Shown in pieces: positions 47,971 to 61,100 of a DNA stretch of 64,000 bases. A program made the position numbers and the translations under genes. The notes beneath the pieces are model-generated. The model was not told where the DNA came from. It worked only from the letters and a program-made list of their open reading frames with translations, and did no database searches. Source of the stretch: Blepharisma stoltei ATCC 30299 (Eukaryota; Protista; Ciliophora); assembly GCA_965603825.1 (NCBI GenBank), contig CBFDEM010000062.1, positions 434,001-498,000 of the forward strand, written 5' to 3'. Positions within the stretch are counted from its first letter, which is position 1; each line of letters opens with the position of its first letter.

Positions 47971-48321
47971 CTATTTTCTTCGAGGAGGAGTCAGCTTTAC
48001 TATTTCTCGAGATAGCTCCTTTATCACATTTTCGTAGAATACTTTTTCTTCTTTTAAAAATTCTTGAGGGTCTTTAAGTTCAATTCTTAAGTCTGGCTGG
48101 TTTTTCTCTGCTAGTTGAGCTCTCAATCGTAGATTTTCTTCATTCAAGCGCTTGATTTCTGATTCAAGTTCCAATATCTTTGCTGGATAGTCATTTTCAA
48201 ATAGTGGAGATTCAATTACAGGATTAGGAGGGTCAGGAACAAAATTCAGTGATTTTTCTGCTCGAAATCTATAAAGCTAGATAAAAAATACTTCTCTTTT
48301 CCCTATTTCTAAATAATTCAT
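47971..48321 (-). CDS. Small coiled-coil protein, 111 aa (one intron)
   Basis: ATG 48321 MNYLEIGKRE, intron 48277-48291, then LYRFRAEKS..., in frame with ORF 47971..48174. Confidence 0.7.
48277..48291 (-). other. 15-nt spliceosomal intron GTATTTTTTATCTAG (phase 0)
   Basis: GT-AG ends, A10, in-frame TAG. Removal links the upstream ATG to the ORF. Confidence 0.8.
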
Positions 48322-48452
48322 TTATTAGCAAAGTTTATTATTCCTCTTTAGCAAAAATTAGTAAATTTATAATTTAAAATTTTTGTGCCCAGCTGAAATT
48401 GAATTTTAAAGATATTATTATCCTCTATATTATTAAATTATTTTGATTATAA

Positions 48453-50645
<2,193 letters not shown>

Positions 50646-50673
50646 ATAGACTAATTAGAGAGTATGTTTAAAA

Positions 50674-51612
50674 TTAACTAGGCGTAAAGGCTATAACAGT
50701 TCCAAACAAGAAATGTTTCATCACAGGCAGCTTGTTTAGAACTTCAGCTTGATACATCTTGATAAGTCCTGTTGAGACTTTTCCCCAATTAGGGACTCCG
50801 CTGATATCATTCAGCATAGGCGAGTGCTCTCCAAAGTGTCCTGATGATTTGACTTTTTTGATGAAATCAATGCAGTGGAAGTATAAGTATTCATTTGCTT
50901 CTCTTTGGACTGCGAAATCATCATGAATGGAGTTTGGGGTGTAATTGTCATGTCCAATCAGCTCTGAAGCTCCAAACAAAAAAGGAAGGAAATGATAGTC
51001 GTCTAAACCCCATACGCCATGTGACCCTGCAGGCTCCAGCCTATAAGTAGTTTGAATTTTTCTCATAAGAGTTATATAACTCCAAAAAATATGATGTATC
51101 ATAGCAGCCCTGTCAGTGTCTTCTAAGTACCCCAAGCAAAACAGCACAAGCAGAAACGAAATAAAATTAAGCTCGTGCCCTGTGCCATAATCAATCCTGA
51201 TTGGGTCTCCGAATGATTGCGATAGATAAGTATTAATCTCCAGATCTGCGTGACTGTCAACTAGCTCTTGTCCGAAAGGTTTTGTTAAAAGAAGAGTCCT
51301 AATCAATTCTCTTCCTGAATCAACAATCCTTTGTTGAAGCGTAGTAAAAGCTTTATTTCCATATCTTTGAGGACTCTCCAGAGGTGGTGTTTGGTCTACC
51401 CATTTGCTAATGGCATCAGTTATAGCAATAATATACGTACAGTTTGCCGTGCATTGAGTTCGAGATCTCCCCTTGCCTTGAACGCCGTCTTGTAAGCTCA
51501 ATATAAAGCCAAGCAAGTTTCTCTTGCAGTCTGATGCTTGGAATTGTGCAAGTTGCTGCTCTGTTGTGATAGTTTTTTGAGGGACTCCAAAAGTTGGCCT
51601 GGGATTGTCCAT
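50674..51612 (-). CDS. PTPA: PP2A phosphatase activator (PTPA/Rrd), 312 aa
   Basis: RYGNKAF, SFGDPIRIDYGTGHELNF, YRLEPAGSHGVWGLDDYHFLPFLFG, EHSPMLNDIS, EVLNKLPVMKH. ATG 51612 (MDNP) is chosen as the start. Confidence 0.95.
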   Translation of the reverse strand: MDNPRPTFGVPQKTITTEQQLAQFQASDCKRNLLGFILSLQDGVQGKGRSRTQCTANCTYIIAITDAISKWVDQTPPLESPQRYGNKAFTTLQQRIVDSGRELIRTLLLTKPFGQELVDSHADLEINTYLSQSFGDPIRIDYGTGHELNFISFLLVLFCLGYLEDTDRAAMIHHIFWSYITLMRKIQTTYRLEPAGSHGVWGLDDYHFLPFLFGASELIGHDNYTPNSIHDDFAVQREANEYLYFHCIDFIKKVKSSGHFGEHSPMLNDISGVPNWGKVSTGLIKMYQAEVLNKLPVMKHFLFGTVIAFTPS

Positions 51613-51643
51613 TTTCTCGTGAAATGTTATTAAATATAGCATA

Positions 51644-52042
51644 ATGTCAAGGCCTGACATCATGGCTGGCATGCCTTATACTGCTCTTCAGTGTAATGAA
51701 TTAAGACATAGCCTCCTTAGAGATATGATTAGCAACGACAACCCAAATCGAGAAATCAGAGATTGTGTAAGAAAAGAGCTGGCTTCAATAAAAAGACAAG
51801 GGCACGGATATGGAATATTACTAGTCGGATCATTTATAGCATTTACATATATTAAGGCTCCAAATGCGAAACCTCATTATGCTGGAATTGCTATTGGGTT
51901 AAGCTTAGCTTATTTTTTGGGAGGTGTATTTGCACTTGATGTTGGGAAACCTTATGTTCTGGATAATATTGGTATTATCAAAGAAAATCCAGATTTTGAA
52001 AAAAGAAGGCTAGAAATTGTCGAAAATTGCAAAAAATACTAA
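51644..52042 (+). CDS. Small two-TM membrane protein, 132 aa
   Basis: Two hydrophobic segments (YGILLVGSFIAFTYI; AGIAIGLSLAYFLGGVFAL). Confidence 0.7.
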   Translation: MSRPDIMAGMPYTALQCNELRHSLLRDMISNDNPNREIRDCVRKELASIKRQGHGYGILLVGSFIAFTYIKAPNAKPHYAGIAIGLSLAYFLGGVFALDVGKPYVLDNIGIIKENPDFEKRRLEIVENCKKY

Positions 52043-52511
52043 TAACACATTAAAAGCTAGTTATTGGAACATAAAATTTTATGAAAATATATTTCTTTAA
52101 TAATCTATACAAATAATAAAATCGGTATAAGCATGCTGATTCTATTATCCATTAATTCTAAAGCGCTATTATATTCCTCTTCTCTGTGCAGATGTCAAGT
52201 CGATACAAATGGTACTTTAAATTTAAATAACACTTTTACATCAGGCAAATCTTATCATTTAATTTACTTATCTTATGCAAGTTCATCATGAATTTTCATC
52301 AATAATTGGCTTACTATAGCAATTGAAACTAGTAGCCTTAATTGAATTTTTTAAAATAAACTCATAAATACTTTTATGTTCTACAGAAGAGAAAACTTAT
52401 ATTCTATATAGACTGAAAATTATTTTTAAATTTGAATGCCTATTTCTTGCATGAGTTTAGGTAATTCTAATTAAAGTTTAAAAAAATTCCTAATAAATAG
52501 CACTATAGCAG

Positions 52512-54512
52512 ATGTGGCTATTATGTTTCATCTTCACCCTTACTTCAGCGAGTTCTCAATGCTCCACTTATAAATGCAATACAGGCTACACTAAAGGCGA
52601 GTGTATTACAGAATCGACAGGAGAAGACGCTTCAATTGCCTACGATCAAACTCTTTGCTACCCTGAATATGTATGCACACCTTCCGGATCATCAACTAAT
52701 TGCACCCTTCGCCAACCATCTGTGAATTACCCAGGAGAATTTTGCAGCACCAACAGCCAATGCACGAGTGGTAGCTGCGACCAAGCAACATTTGTATGCA
52801 AAGGATTATCAGTTGGCCAGCAATGCGTCAATCCTTATGATTGTGGGCCAGGTATGTATTGTGATAGCGTCAAAAAGGTTTGCACCAATCAAGTTAAGTC
52901 TGGTAGCGCTTGTTCCCAGAACAACGATTATCAGTGTGCGAATGGGTTAATCTGCATTAATCTAGTCTGTACGTCTCTCTTTTCTGTTGCTACTGGCAAT
53001 CAAGTAGATAATGATTTTGTGAACGATGATACAGGCTTTTCAACAGCCTGTACTTCAGGCTATGCTGTATATGACGAAGATAACCAATTTTATACATGCA
53101 CTAAAGCTCCCCATAGTGAAAATGCACTTCCCATGAAATGCACACCTGGCTCTAAATGCGTCTCTTCAGATTTGCATTCCAAAAATTGCACTTGTGGCAT
53201 TAATCAGAATGGAGACAGCTACTGCCCACTGTTCGAAGGAGATAGTTACGTCCAAAGCATGATAACGTCTTGGAAAGCCATAGCTCAACTTAATTCAGGC
53301 TGCAATAGCTACAGAAGGTGGGGATACCAATGCTTTGCCACTCAGAGCATTGCAAATCAAATACAGTGGTACACATGGGCAGCTAATTATACGCTTTATT
53401 ATAATGAATTATATCCTCTAATACAAGAAAACCAAGAATGCACAAGACAGATAGAAACTTCTAGCTATTGGAATATTATGGCAGCTCTTTCATCGTCTTC
53501 AGCATCAATTCAATGTCCAGTTTATTTCTGTGGAACTGATAAAACTAATTGGGGTGCTGAGCAATGTATTTTCTATGAAAAGGATGTGCTTAATTATAAA
53601 GTCACTGACATTCTTTCTTTAAACCCATGCTCGACTGGGACTACATGTCCAACTTCGCAAACCAGCCAAAATTCTACATGTACAGCTTCTACTACTCAGC
53701 TTTCCTATGCTGGCGATTACTGCAAGAAAAATGAAGACTGTGCTTCAGGGACCTGCAAAAATAAAGTCTGCTCAGGAGCAGCTCTGGCAGGTGCCTGCAC
53801 AAATGTTCAAGACTGCAATCCAGGTCTTTACTGCAACACCACTACTAAAGTATGCGATGCTCAAAAAGTTGAAGGCGTCAACTGCGCTTCTGATTATGAG
53901 TGCTTGAACAACATGACCTGCAACCTTGGAATTTGCATTCCTTATTACTCACTGCCAGTAGGTAGTGTTACCAATAGTGTAAACTCTGCAGGGTTCTCAA
54001 GAGCCTGCAATTTCGGCTTCGCTAACTTAACCACGACCACAGCTCCATTGAAAGGAATTTGTGCTAAGCCTCCGGTGTCACCGAGTACAGGTCCAATCCA
54101 ATGCCAGCCTGGTGCTAAATGTCTTGATAAAACTGGAACTTATTCTAAAATCTGCACCTGTGGGTTGAACGAGTTTGGCACCGCTTATTGTCCATCATTT
54201 GAGGGTGATATATACTTAAAGAACTCAATTATTCATATGAAAACACTTATGACGAAAAACAAGATTTGCAACACTGAGTCAAGGTTTGAAGAAAGATGCT
54301 TTTTGAGAGACCTGAACAATTTGGAAACCTATTATTTCTATGTGACTAACTTCACGATGTATTTACAACTTCCAGCTCTTCAAGAGAATACTGAGTGCGT
54401 GAAGTCGATTTATACGGAGGACTTTTGGAGATGGATGAAAGAATCATATGACCATTCGGCAGGGATTATGGCAACTCTGGCTTCGTTGTTGGCAATCCAG
54501 GTCTTTATTTAG
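52512..54512 (+). CDS. Cys-rich secreted, probably GPI-anchored surface protein with two internal repeats, 666 aa
   Basis: Signal peptide MWLLCFIFTLTSAS; two homologous halves ending CTCG.N..G..YCP.FEGD; hydrophobic C-terminus SAGIMATLASLLAIQVFI. Confidence 0.85.
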   Translation: MWLLCFIFTLTSASSQCSTYKCNTGYTKGECITESTGEDASIAYDQTLCYPEYVCTPSGSSTNCTLRQPSVNYPGEFCSTNSQCTSGSCDQATFVCKGLSVGQQCVNPYDCGPGMYCDSVKKVCTNQVKSGSACSQNNDYQCANGLICINLVCTSLFSVATGNQVDNDFVNDDTGFSTACTSGYAVYDEDNQFYTCTKAPHSENALPMKCTPGSKCVSSDLHSKNCTCGINQNGDSYCPLFEGDSYVQSMITSWKAIAQLNSGCNSYRRWGYQCFATQSIANQIQWYTWAANYTLYYNELYPLIQENQECTRQIETSSYWNIMAALSSSSASIQCPVYFCGTDKTNWGAEQCIFYEKDVLNYKVTDILSLNPCSTGTTCPTSQTSQNSTCTASTTQLSYAGDYCKKNEDCASGTCKNKVCSGAALAGACTNVQDCNPGLYCNTTTKVCDAQKVEGVNCASDYECLNNMTCNLGICIPYYSLPVGSVTNSVNSAGFSRACNFGFANLTTTTAPLKGICAKPPVSPSTGPIQCQPGAKCLDKTGTYSKICTCGLNEFGTAYCPSFEGDIYLKNSIIHMKTLMTKNKICNTESRFEERCFLRDLNNLETYYFYVTNFTMYLQLPALQENTECVKSIYTEDFWRWMKESYDHSAGIMATLASLLAIQVFI

Positions 54513-54627
54513 GTAAGTAATTAGTAATATTAAGCTAATAGAGTCTCAACTATTGATCATATCGACTCAAAAGAAATGTTTTACTTTTTAATTTGATTTA
54601 AAATATATGAAATGTTCATAAGAATCA

Positions 54628-57600
54628 TTAATTATGAGCTGCTTTGTATTTTGGTTTAAGAATTGACCTAATTGATGATATCGGCATTTGACGGCCTGCG
54701 ATACTGACTCTTTGCTTCTTCACTATATTTTTTAATGTTTCTGCTTGGGCTTGGTCTAAATTACTTATAAGCCCTTCAATCTTGGAAGGAGTTGCAGTTT
54801 GAATGTATTTAATAGTTTCTTTGAAGTGATGATACTCATCAAACTGATTCATGGGGGATAAAAATGTCTTCAAAATCATATTGGCTTCTTGCTCTTCTGT
54901 TTTCTGCTTCTTTGTTTTTTTAGCTCCTTCTATAGCCATTTTGCTTCCTTCAACTGGCACAGCTCCAGATAATATTTGTATTATCATTTTGAATATCATT
55001 TCGTGTCCAATTGCCATTCCTTGAGGAAGGTCTTGCTGAACTAAGAGGTTGCAAAGTCCTTTTACAGCAACTTTTTTATCATATTGCTCTTTAAAGTGAT
55101 TAATAGATGCAAGGATTTGCTTTAAAGCATTATCCAAGCATGTATCATTATTGGGAGTCATAGCACTCGAAAGAATTGAGATGGAAAGTTGACAGTTATA
55201 GTCAAAAGAAGCTAAAATTACTCCTAAAAGTCTGACTCTGAAATAGTCTTTTTTTATACGACTGTTTAGGCGCTCCATTATTGAACTCAAAATAGAAGGT
55301 AAAATGGCATCTAAAACTTGTGGAAAAGACTGTAATAATTGCTGATATATTAGTGCTGCTTCCATATTTTCTCTCTCAGATGTTTTCTTTTTATATTTGG
55401 CGAATAAGCATTTTCTGCACATTTCTGTCAATTTCCCGATCAATTCAGGATTTCCAATAAAAGCAGCTGCCCCAAATTCTAAGTAGCAATTAATCGGCTC
55501 AAAAAGCTGAATAAAGGTGTTGTCAAATTTCTCTTGAACCAAAGTTAAAAGATTAAAGAGAATCCATCCAGCCTCACTTACAGATTTGGTTTTCCTCATA
55601 AGAGTAGTTTCGAATAAATAAATGTCTTCATCAAATTCTATATCATTAGGATTTTTCATATACTCAAAAAGTGGTATCAGCTGCTTTTCAATTTCAAGGA
55701 CTTGCTCAGCAGTCGTTTCTTTTACGTCTGCAATAAATCTTATCATATTCCAGCACTTAATTATAATAATATTTGTTTTCTTTTTCTTTTTACCTTCCCC
55801 AGACTCATTCAAGCTTGGCAGTTCATTCTGGATTTTTTGGACCAAAAGAGGAATTAAGGTACCTAAATGAGGCAAAGCAATTTCTGTGTTGCTGGATAGG
55901 ATCTCTTGGATAGACTCAAAAAAAGTTTTTGACCTCTGGTGAGGGATAAGCAGAATCATCGAGCTCAGGATAGGCGAAAACAAAGGCTCAAGTCTTCCCA
56001 TAGTCTCTTCGCTTTCTAATATATGGCAAAGAGCTTCTGAGCCTTGCATTGATACTATTTGATGATTATTTGTAGGATTGCAGAATCCAAGCAGAATTTC
56101 AATGAGTTTCATAAAAGTTTCGCTGTCTTTTTCATATAAATACCCTAAATAGTACCGAATGACCATGCAAAGTCTTTGGTGAATTATATTAGAATTAACT
56201 TGAGTCAAAGGAGCCAGATGTGCTTTAATCAATACTTCTACTGTTGTAAATAAATCTTTCCTTGATATCACATAATTAGATAAAGCAGCCAGCATTAATA
56301 AGCAAACCTCTACACGCTGCTGATCAGAAGACTGTAATATCTTGCTCTGCTGGAATTCATCTAAATACGTATAAGTCTCATGCTTTACCTGAGTTAGCGT
56401 CCAGCTTATAACCTGGCAAGCAAAACTCACTAAAAAGCTCAAAGCTCCATCAACTCTTTCTGCTAAGGCCTCTAAAAGTACCACTGCTGAGGTCTTAAAA
56501 GTGTCGGATTCTTGCCTTTCGCATGTTTCTAAAGAAGCGTTAACGAACTCTTCAGGGTACAAGTCAATTGACTCATAGTCTTCTCTGAATGCTTTAATTA
56601 GAGGTAGACAGACTTCAACGATAATTCCTTTAAAATTTTGGATAAAAAACCATAAAAATTTGTTTTCATTTGCAAGCTTGCTAAGAACGACCAAGGTCTC
56701 AACAAAATACTCTTTTATATAGTTATCGTCTAATATGGCTTCATAGTCAGGCCGCATTACAATTGTGTGCAAGGATAAAGTGAGTGGCTCTACAATTTGC
56801 TTCAAGAATTGGACTAAATAGGAATCAGGCTCTTCAATTAAGAACTCTTTTATTTTTTTCTCTTCGGCAAACTGCAAAATAAGGTTAAGGCCTTGCAGAA
56901 GCTGGGATTTCGAATGGTTAAGCTTGATATGCAAAGGCTTTTGGTCAATGCTTATAAGCGTATTTTGGCCTAACGAGTTATCTGCAGGCACAAAACTGAG
57001 GATGTTGTAATAAATTTGATAGAGGAGGTTCATGTCTTTTATTTCTTCCAATGCAGACCTGGATGTGATCTCAAAGTGCTCAATAGCAATTGTCAACCAT
57101 CCAGACACTTCACACAAAATATCAGCCAAAGCTATGTTTTCACTATTCAGCTTTAATTTTTGGATAGTTTTATCTGTAATAAGCAAAACTGGTTCCAGCA
57201 GATGCTTATAATAGACAATAAGTGAAGGCATATGGACAGCATCATTAAAGATCGCTCTTAAGGCTCTGAAAGCGCCTAAAACAGAGCACTCTAGCCCATC
57301 AAGAGCGGTGAACACATAAGGAAACATTTGAGATAAAAGCAGTTCGTTTTCATGACTAAAAATTGGAGTTAGAGCATACCCTAAAGACGCTCTGATTTGG
57401 ATTTCAATATTTGGACTTATTAGCACCGCAAATATAAGTTGAGCAACAGCTAGAGCATTTTCCTTGATTTTTCCTTCATCATCCTTCAGTTTAATTAATT
57501 TTTTCACACTAAGAGCTGCTGAGTTTTTGATCTGTAAAGAAACACTTGGGTTGTCTGATGCAATGATATTTAACAATGCTTGTAAGTAGTCGCCTTCATT

Positions 57601-57711
57601 TTTAGACAAAGCCTCAAGTTCTTCTTCAGCGGCTTTTCTCTCAGAACTGTTATTTGTGGTGAAAGTTTTGTTTAGTAAATCTGCAACTCTGAAAGCAAAG
57701 TCCTGATTCAT
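54628..57711 (-). CDS. Importin-beta family karyopherin (importin-7/8-like), 1027 aa
   Basis: IBN-N-like 'ERKAAEEELEAL...IKNSAALSVKKLI', 'PEEFV', HEAT-like helices, and length. Confidence 0.75.
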   Translation of the reverse strand: MNQDFAFRVADLLNKTFTTNNSSERKAAEEELEALSKNEGDYLQALLNIIASDNPSVSLQIKNSAALSVKKLIKLKDDEGKIKENALAVAQLIFAVLISPNIEIQIRASLGYALTPIFSHENELLLSQMFPYVFTALDGLECSVLGAFRALRAIFNDAVHMPSLIVYYKHLLEPVLLITDKTIQKLKLNSENIALADILCEVSGWLTIAIEHFEITSRSALEEIKDMNLLYQIYYNILSFVPADNSLGQNTLISIDQKPLHIKLNHSKSQLLQGLNLILQFAEEKKIKEFLIEEPDSYLVQFLKQIVEPLTLSLHTIVMRPDYEAILDDNYIKEYFVETLVVLSKLANENKFLWFFIQNFKGIIVEVCLPLIKAFREDYESIDLYPEEFVNASLETCERQESDTFKTSAVVLLEALAERVDGALSFLVSFACQVISWTLTQVKHETYTYLDEFQQSKILQSSDQQRVEVCLLMLAALSNYVISRKDLFTTVEVLIKAHLAPLTQVNSNIIHQRLCMVIRYYLGYLYEKDSETFMKLIEILLGFCNPTNNHQIVSMQGSEALCHILESEETMGRLEPLFSPILSSMILLIPHQRSKTFFESIQEILSSNTEIALPHLGTLIPLLVQKIQNELPSLNESGEGKKKKKTNIIIIKCWNMIRFIADVKETTAEQVLEIEKQLIPLFEYMKNPNDIEFDEDIYLFETTLMRKTKSVSEAGWILFNLLTLVQEKFDNTFIQLFEPINCYLEFGAAAFIGNPELIGKLTEMCRKCLFAKYKKKTSERENMEAALIYQQLLQSFPQVLDAILPSILSSIMERLNSRIKKDYFRVRLLGVILASFDYNCQLSISILSSAMTPNNDTCLDNALKQILASINHFKEQYDKKVAVKGLCNLLVQQDLPQGMAIGHEMIFKMIIQILSGAVPVEGSKMAIEGAKKTKKQKTEEQEANMILKTFLSPMNQFDEYHHFKETIKYIQTATPSKIEGLISNLDQAQAETLKNIVKKQRVSIAGRQMPISSIRSILKPKYKAAHN

Positions 57712-58133
57712 ATTTTCTTAGCTCCTTTATTACCTTTATTGAATATGGATCAATATCATATAATCAATAAAGCATCCTTATTAAACTATTTGTGTGAGTT
57801 TTTTAGAAGAATTTGACATATAAACTAATTAAAATAAATGTCTAAAAAGATATCATTTTTTATCAATTTGTTTTTTAGTTTTTTTAATTCAACTCTATCG
57901 CAATATTAGTTAAAATAAAAAATAGAAAATCAATATGCTTTCACAGAGAAACGCCCATAATAATGTCTGAAATGGCTCAGAAAAGCCAGTCAAGGCGAAA
58001 GCCTTTATCTATAAAGATCTAGAAATCAATAAATAAAAAACACTCTTAGTCCAGAGCAATTTATATAAATATATTGCCACCCTTAAGGCTTTGAGATGGC
58101 AGTTTCTATTAATTCGAATTTAAGTTTATAATT

Positions 58134-61100
58134 ATGATGTCAAATACCCAACCTTTCCCTACTCGTTTCAAAGAAGACACTCAAGAAGTCTCGTCTTCCT
58201 CTTCCGACGAGTCTCGCGAAGAGTATCAACTAAAAATCAAAGGCAAATATTCAGCTGAACGTTTAATGATGATGCTTGACAAAGAAAAGCTTGAAGCACT
58301 GGAAGAAGAATTCAACGACCACCCAGATGGGATCGAGCTTCACAGCTTTGTGTGATTAATGAAATGTGCAATGGCCGTGAGTCCTGAGGAAAAAGCCGAA
58401 TTGGTGCTCGGGCTTTATTATTTATTTCAAGAAATCGACATCAATGGGGATGAGCACATGGAGTGATCAGAATTCACGCAGTATATTATTGATGCTGTTA
58501 TGGGACAGCAAAGCAAAGAAAGATCTGAAGACAAAGAATTGACTCCTGCAGAAATTATGGAGCTTGCACATTCTCATAAATCGAGGAGATATCAGCTGAG
58601 CAAACTTGTTGATAGGAGCTTGCATACAGGAATTATTCGACAAATTTCTTATTACCCATCATTGGATTTAATCCCAGTCGTTGAAATGGGATCTCCAAGT
58701 GTCAGACTTTACACTGTAAACTGTGAAGTAAAATTTGCTATCACTCCGCCTTATTCCAGAAATGCATTCGTCCTGGCAGCTGCTTATTCCGAAAAAGAGT
58801 ACTTGCTAGTGATTATTGGCAGCGATAACTGCTTGCATGTCTATGAAAAAGATGGCAGCGGATTCAGGTTTTTTAAGAGTTTTCAAACAGAATGCACCCA
58901 TCTAGCTCTGTGGTATTTTGAAGAGCACAAAGCTTGGGTTTCAGCTTGTGATGACTTTACTCTTAGGCAGTGAAATGTAAGGAACGGCCAAGAAATAGGA
59001 ATATTTAAAGGTCATACCAATACGATCATGGATGCTATAGAAATTCTCAACCCTCTATGCATAGCTTCAGCCTCTATGGATGGATGCATTTTACTATGAG
59101 ATGTAACAGAACAAAAAAATATAGGAGTTCTCACTGGAAAGCACGCTCTGGGGGTCAGAAATATTGATTACAGCCCGGATTATGGAGGAAATATAGTAAG
59201 TGTTGGATATGAAAGAGATATCCATGTATGAAGCCCTGAAGTTTCTATATCAAAATGCTACACAGGAAAGCTAGAAGGGCACAACTGCCCTGTTGTTTCT
59301 TGCAAGTTTTTTAGAGGAAGGCCAGTTTGTGTTAGCGTTGATGAGAAAGGGAATGTGAGACTATGAGATGTAAGAGAGTTTCTGTGCTTACAAATTATTA
59401 GCCATGATAGAGGAAAAATAGAAGTAGCTAAGCTACTAACTGTAACAAAGCATGACAAATTTGTAGTAGCAGGAAGGAGATTAATATGGTATGAACTGCA
59501 TAAAGAATCGGCCATAAAAACCAATAGTAAAGATGTCTCTCCAGTTTATGCAGATTTTAACTCCTATTATTTACAGTTCGTAGTCGTCACAAAATATGAC
59601 ATAAGGATTTATGACTCAATTACAGGAAAATTAAAAAAAATATATACAGAAGTTCAAGACCCTAAAACTGAATCGGAACTCACAGCATTTTCTCTAGACC
59701 ACAGACACAGGATTTTCATCGTAGGAGACAACTCAGGCTCAGTTAGAGCTTACAACTTCTCTAATGGTGCTTTAATGAAAGTTATCCAAGGAGATACAGA
59801 AGAGCACAAAAATCTGAACACCTCAGAAACTGAAGAAAATCCTCAGCCTGCAAGTAAAATTTCTTCCCCAAAATCAAAATCTAAAGCAAAAAAAGTCCCT
59901 GAAAAAACAGAAAGTGAACAAAGTGGGGAAGGCCACAAGCTATTTTCAGGAGACGACTGAAATTCAGAGATCTCAAGCCTCTGCTTCTGCATGGAAGATA
60001 AAATTCTAATAGCATCAAGCTGGGATTCAACAATACGTGTTTATGATATGCAAAGCCTAGAAGAATCTTCTTTATTAAGAGTTATGACAGGGGGCCATCA
60101 AGGATCAGATATAACTTGTCTGACTTATTCTTCCCATCTTTCTCTGCTTGCTTCTGGGTCTAGCAATGGGATTGTAGCTGTGTGGGATTTTGAGATGGGA
60201 AAGCTCGAAGCTGCCTGCATCGGGCACACCAAAGAGATCACTGCAATTGCATTTATTGAGCCATACCCTATTATGGTGACTGCTTCTTGCGACAATACAA
60301 TCAGATTTTGGGCAGTTAGACCTCATGCTGGGAAAATGCGCTATCAGTGCTTTATGAAAGTGATAAACCGCTCCTGAGGCAACTGCCGTGATACAAAAAC
60401 ACCTACAAGTGTGTTTGTTAGTGTCCAAGAAAGAGCTCAAGGCATGCAGAGATATAAAAGAAAAAAACACTTTAAAGTTCCTAAAAAAGGGCAGCCTGAA
60501 GAAAGACTTAAAACTCCTGGAAATCCGAGTTCCTTACCACCAGTCCCAGCACCAAAGACAAAAGAAATAGAAAGAACGAGCATAAGTGGGAATCGACTGC
60601 CTTCATCTCACATAGGATCTCCAAGAGACAGCTCTCATTCATCATCAGATCAAGATGTTGATAGTGACACCGAATGGGTTGAGGAAAAGAATGCAGAAAT
60701 GATTGAGGATCCTAGCAACGAAGAAGTTAAAAAAAGATGCTATTTATATATGGGAGATAATAAAGGCTATATAAAGATTTGGTCACTAGATTCGGTTATT
60801 GCAAGATATAGAATTATTCCTTTGGAAAGATCAGAAAGAGACAAGCCGAGCTATAACCCTCGAAGAAAAGACGAAAAAAACGCAGAATCAGATGTGAAAT
60901 TTTGGATCAAAGAAGCAGAAACTATGCAACCGCCTGAATTAGTCAACCCAGAAGTTGACCTATTAGCAAGGGAATGGAAAGCTCACAACGAATCTGTTAC
61001 CTGTCTAAAATTAATAATTGATCCAAAAGGGCTGCTTTCTTGTTCAGGGGACAAAACTGTAAAAATATGAAACAGAGAAGGCGAGCCGTGGGGATTAATC

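Noticed and set aside
51613-51672. N-terminal extension of PTPA overlapping the 51644 gene
   Set aside because: Homology and AAAATG context favour ATG 51612; the extension crosses an AT-rich spacer and is probably incidental.
57943-57950. ACAGAGAA resembling the U6 snRNA ACAGAGA box; nearby CTGA...GAAA resembling a hammerhead
   Set aside because: No downstream U6 AGC triad or ISL sequence, and the hammerhead CUGANGA core is not matched.
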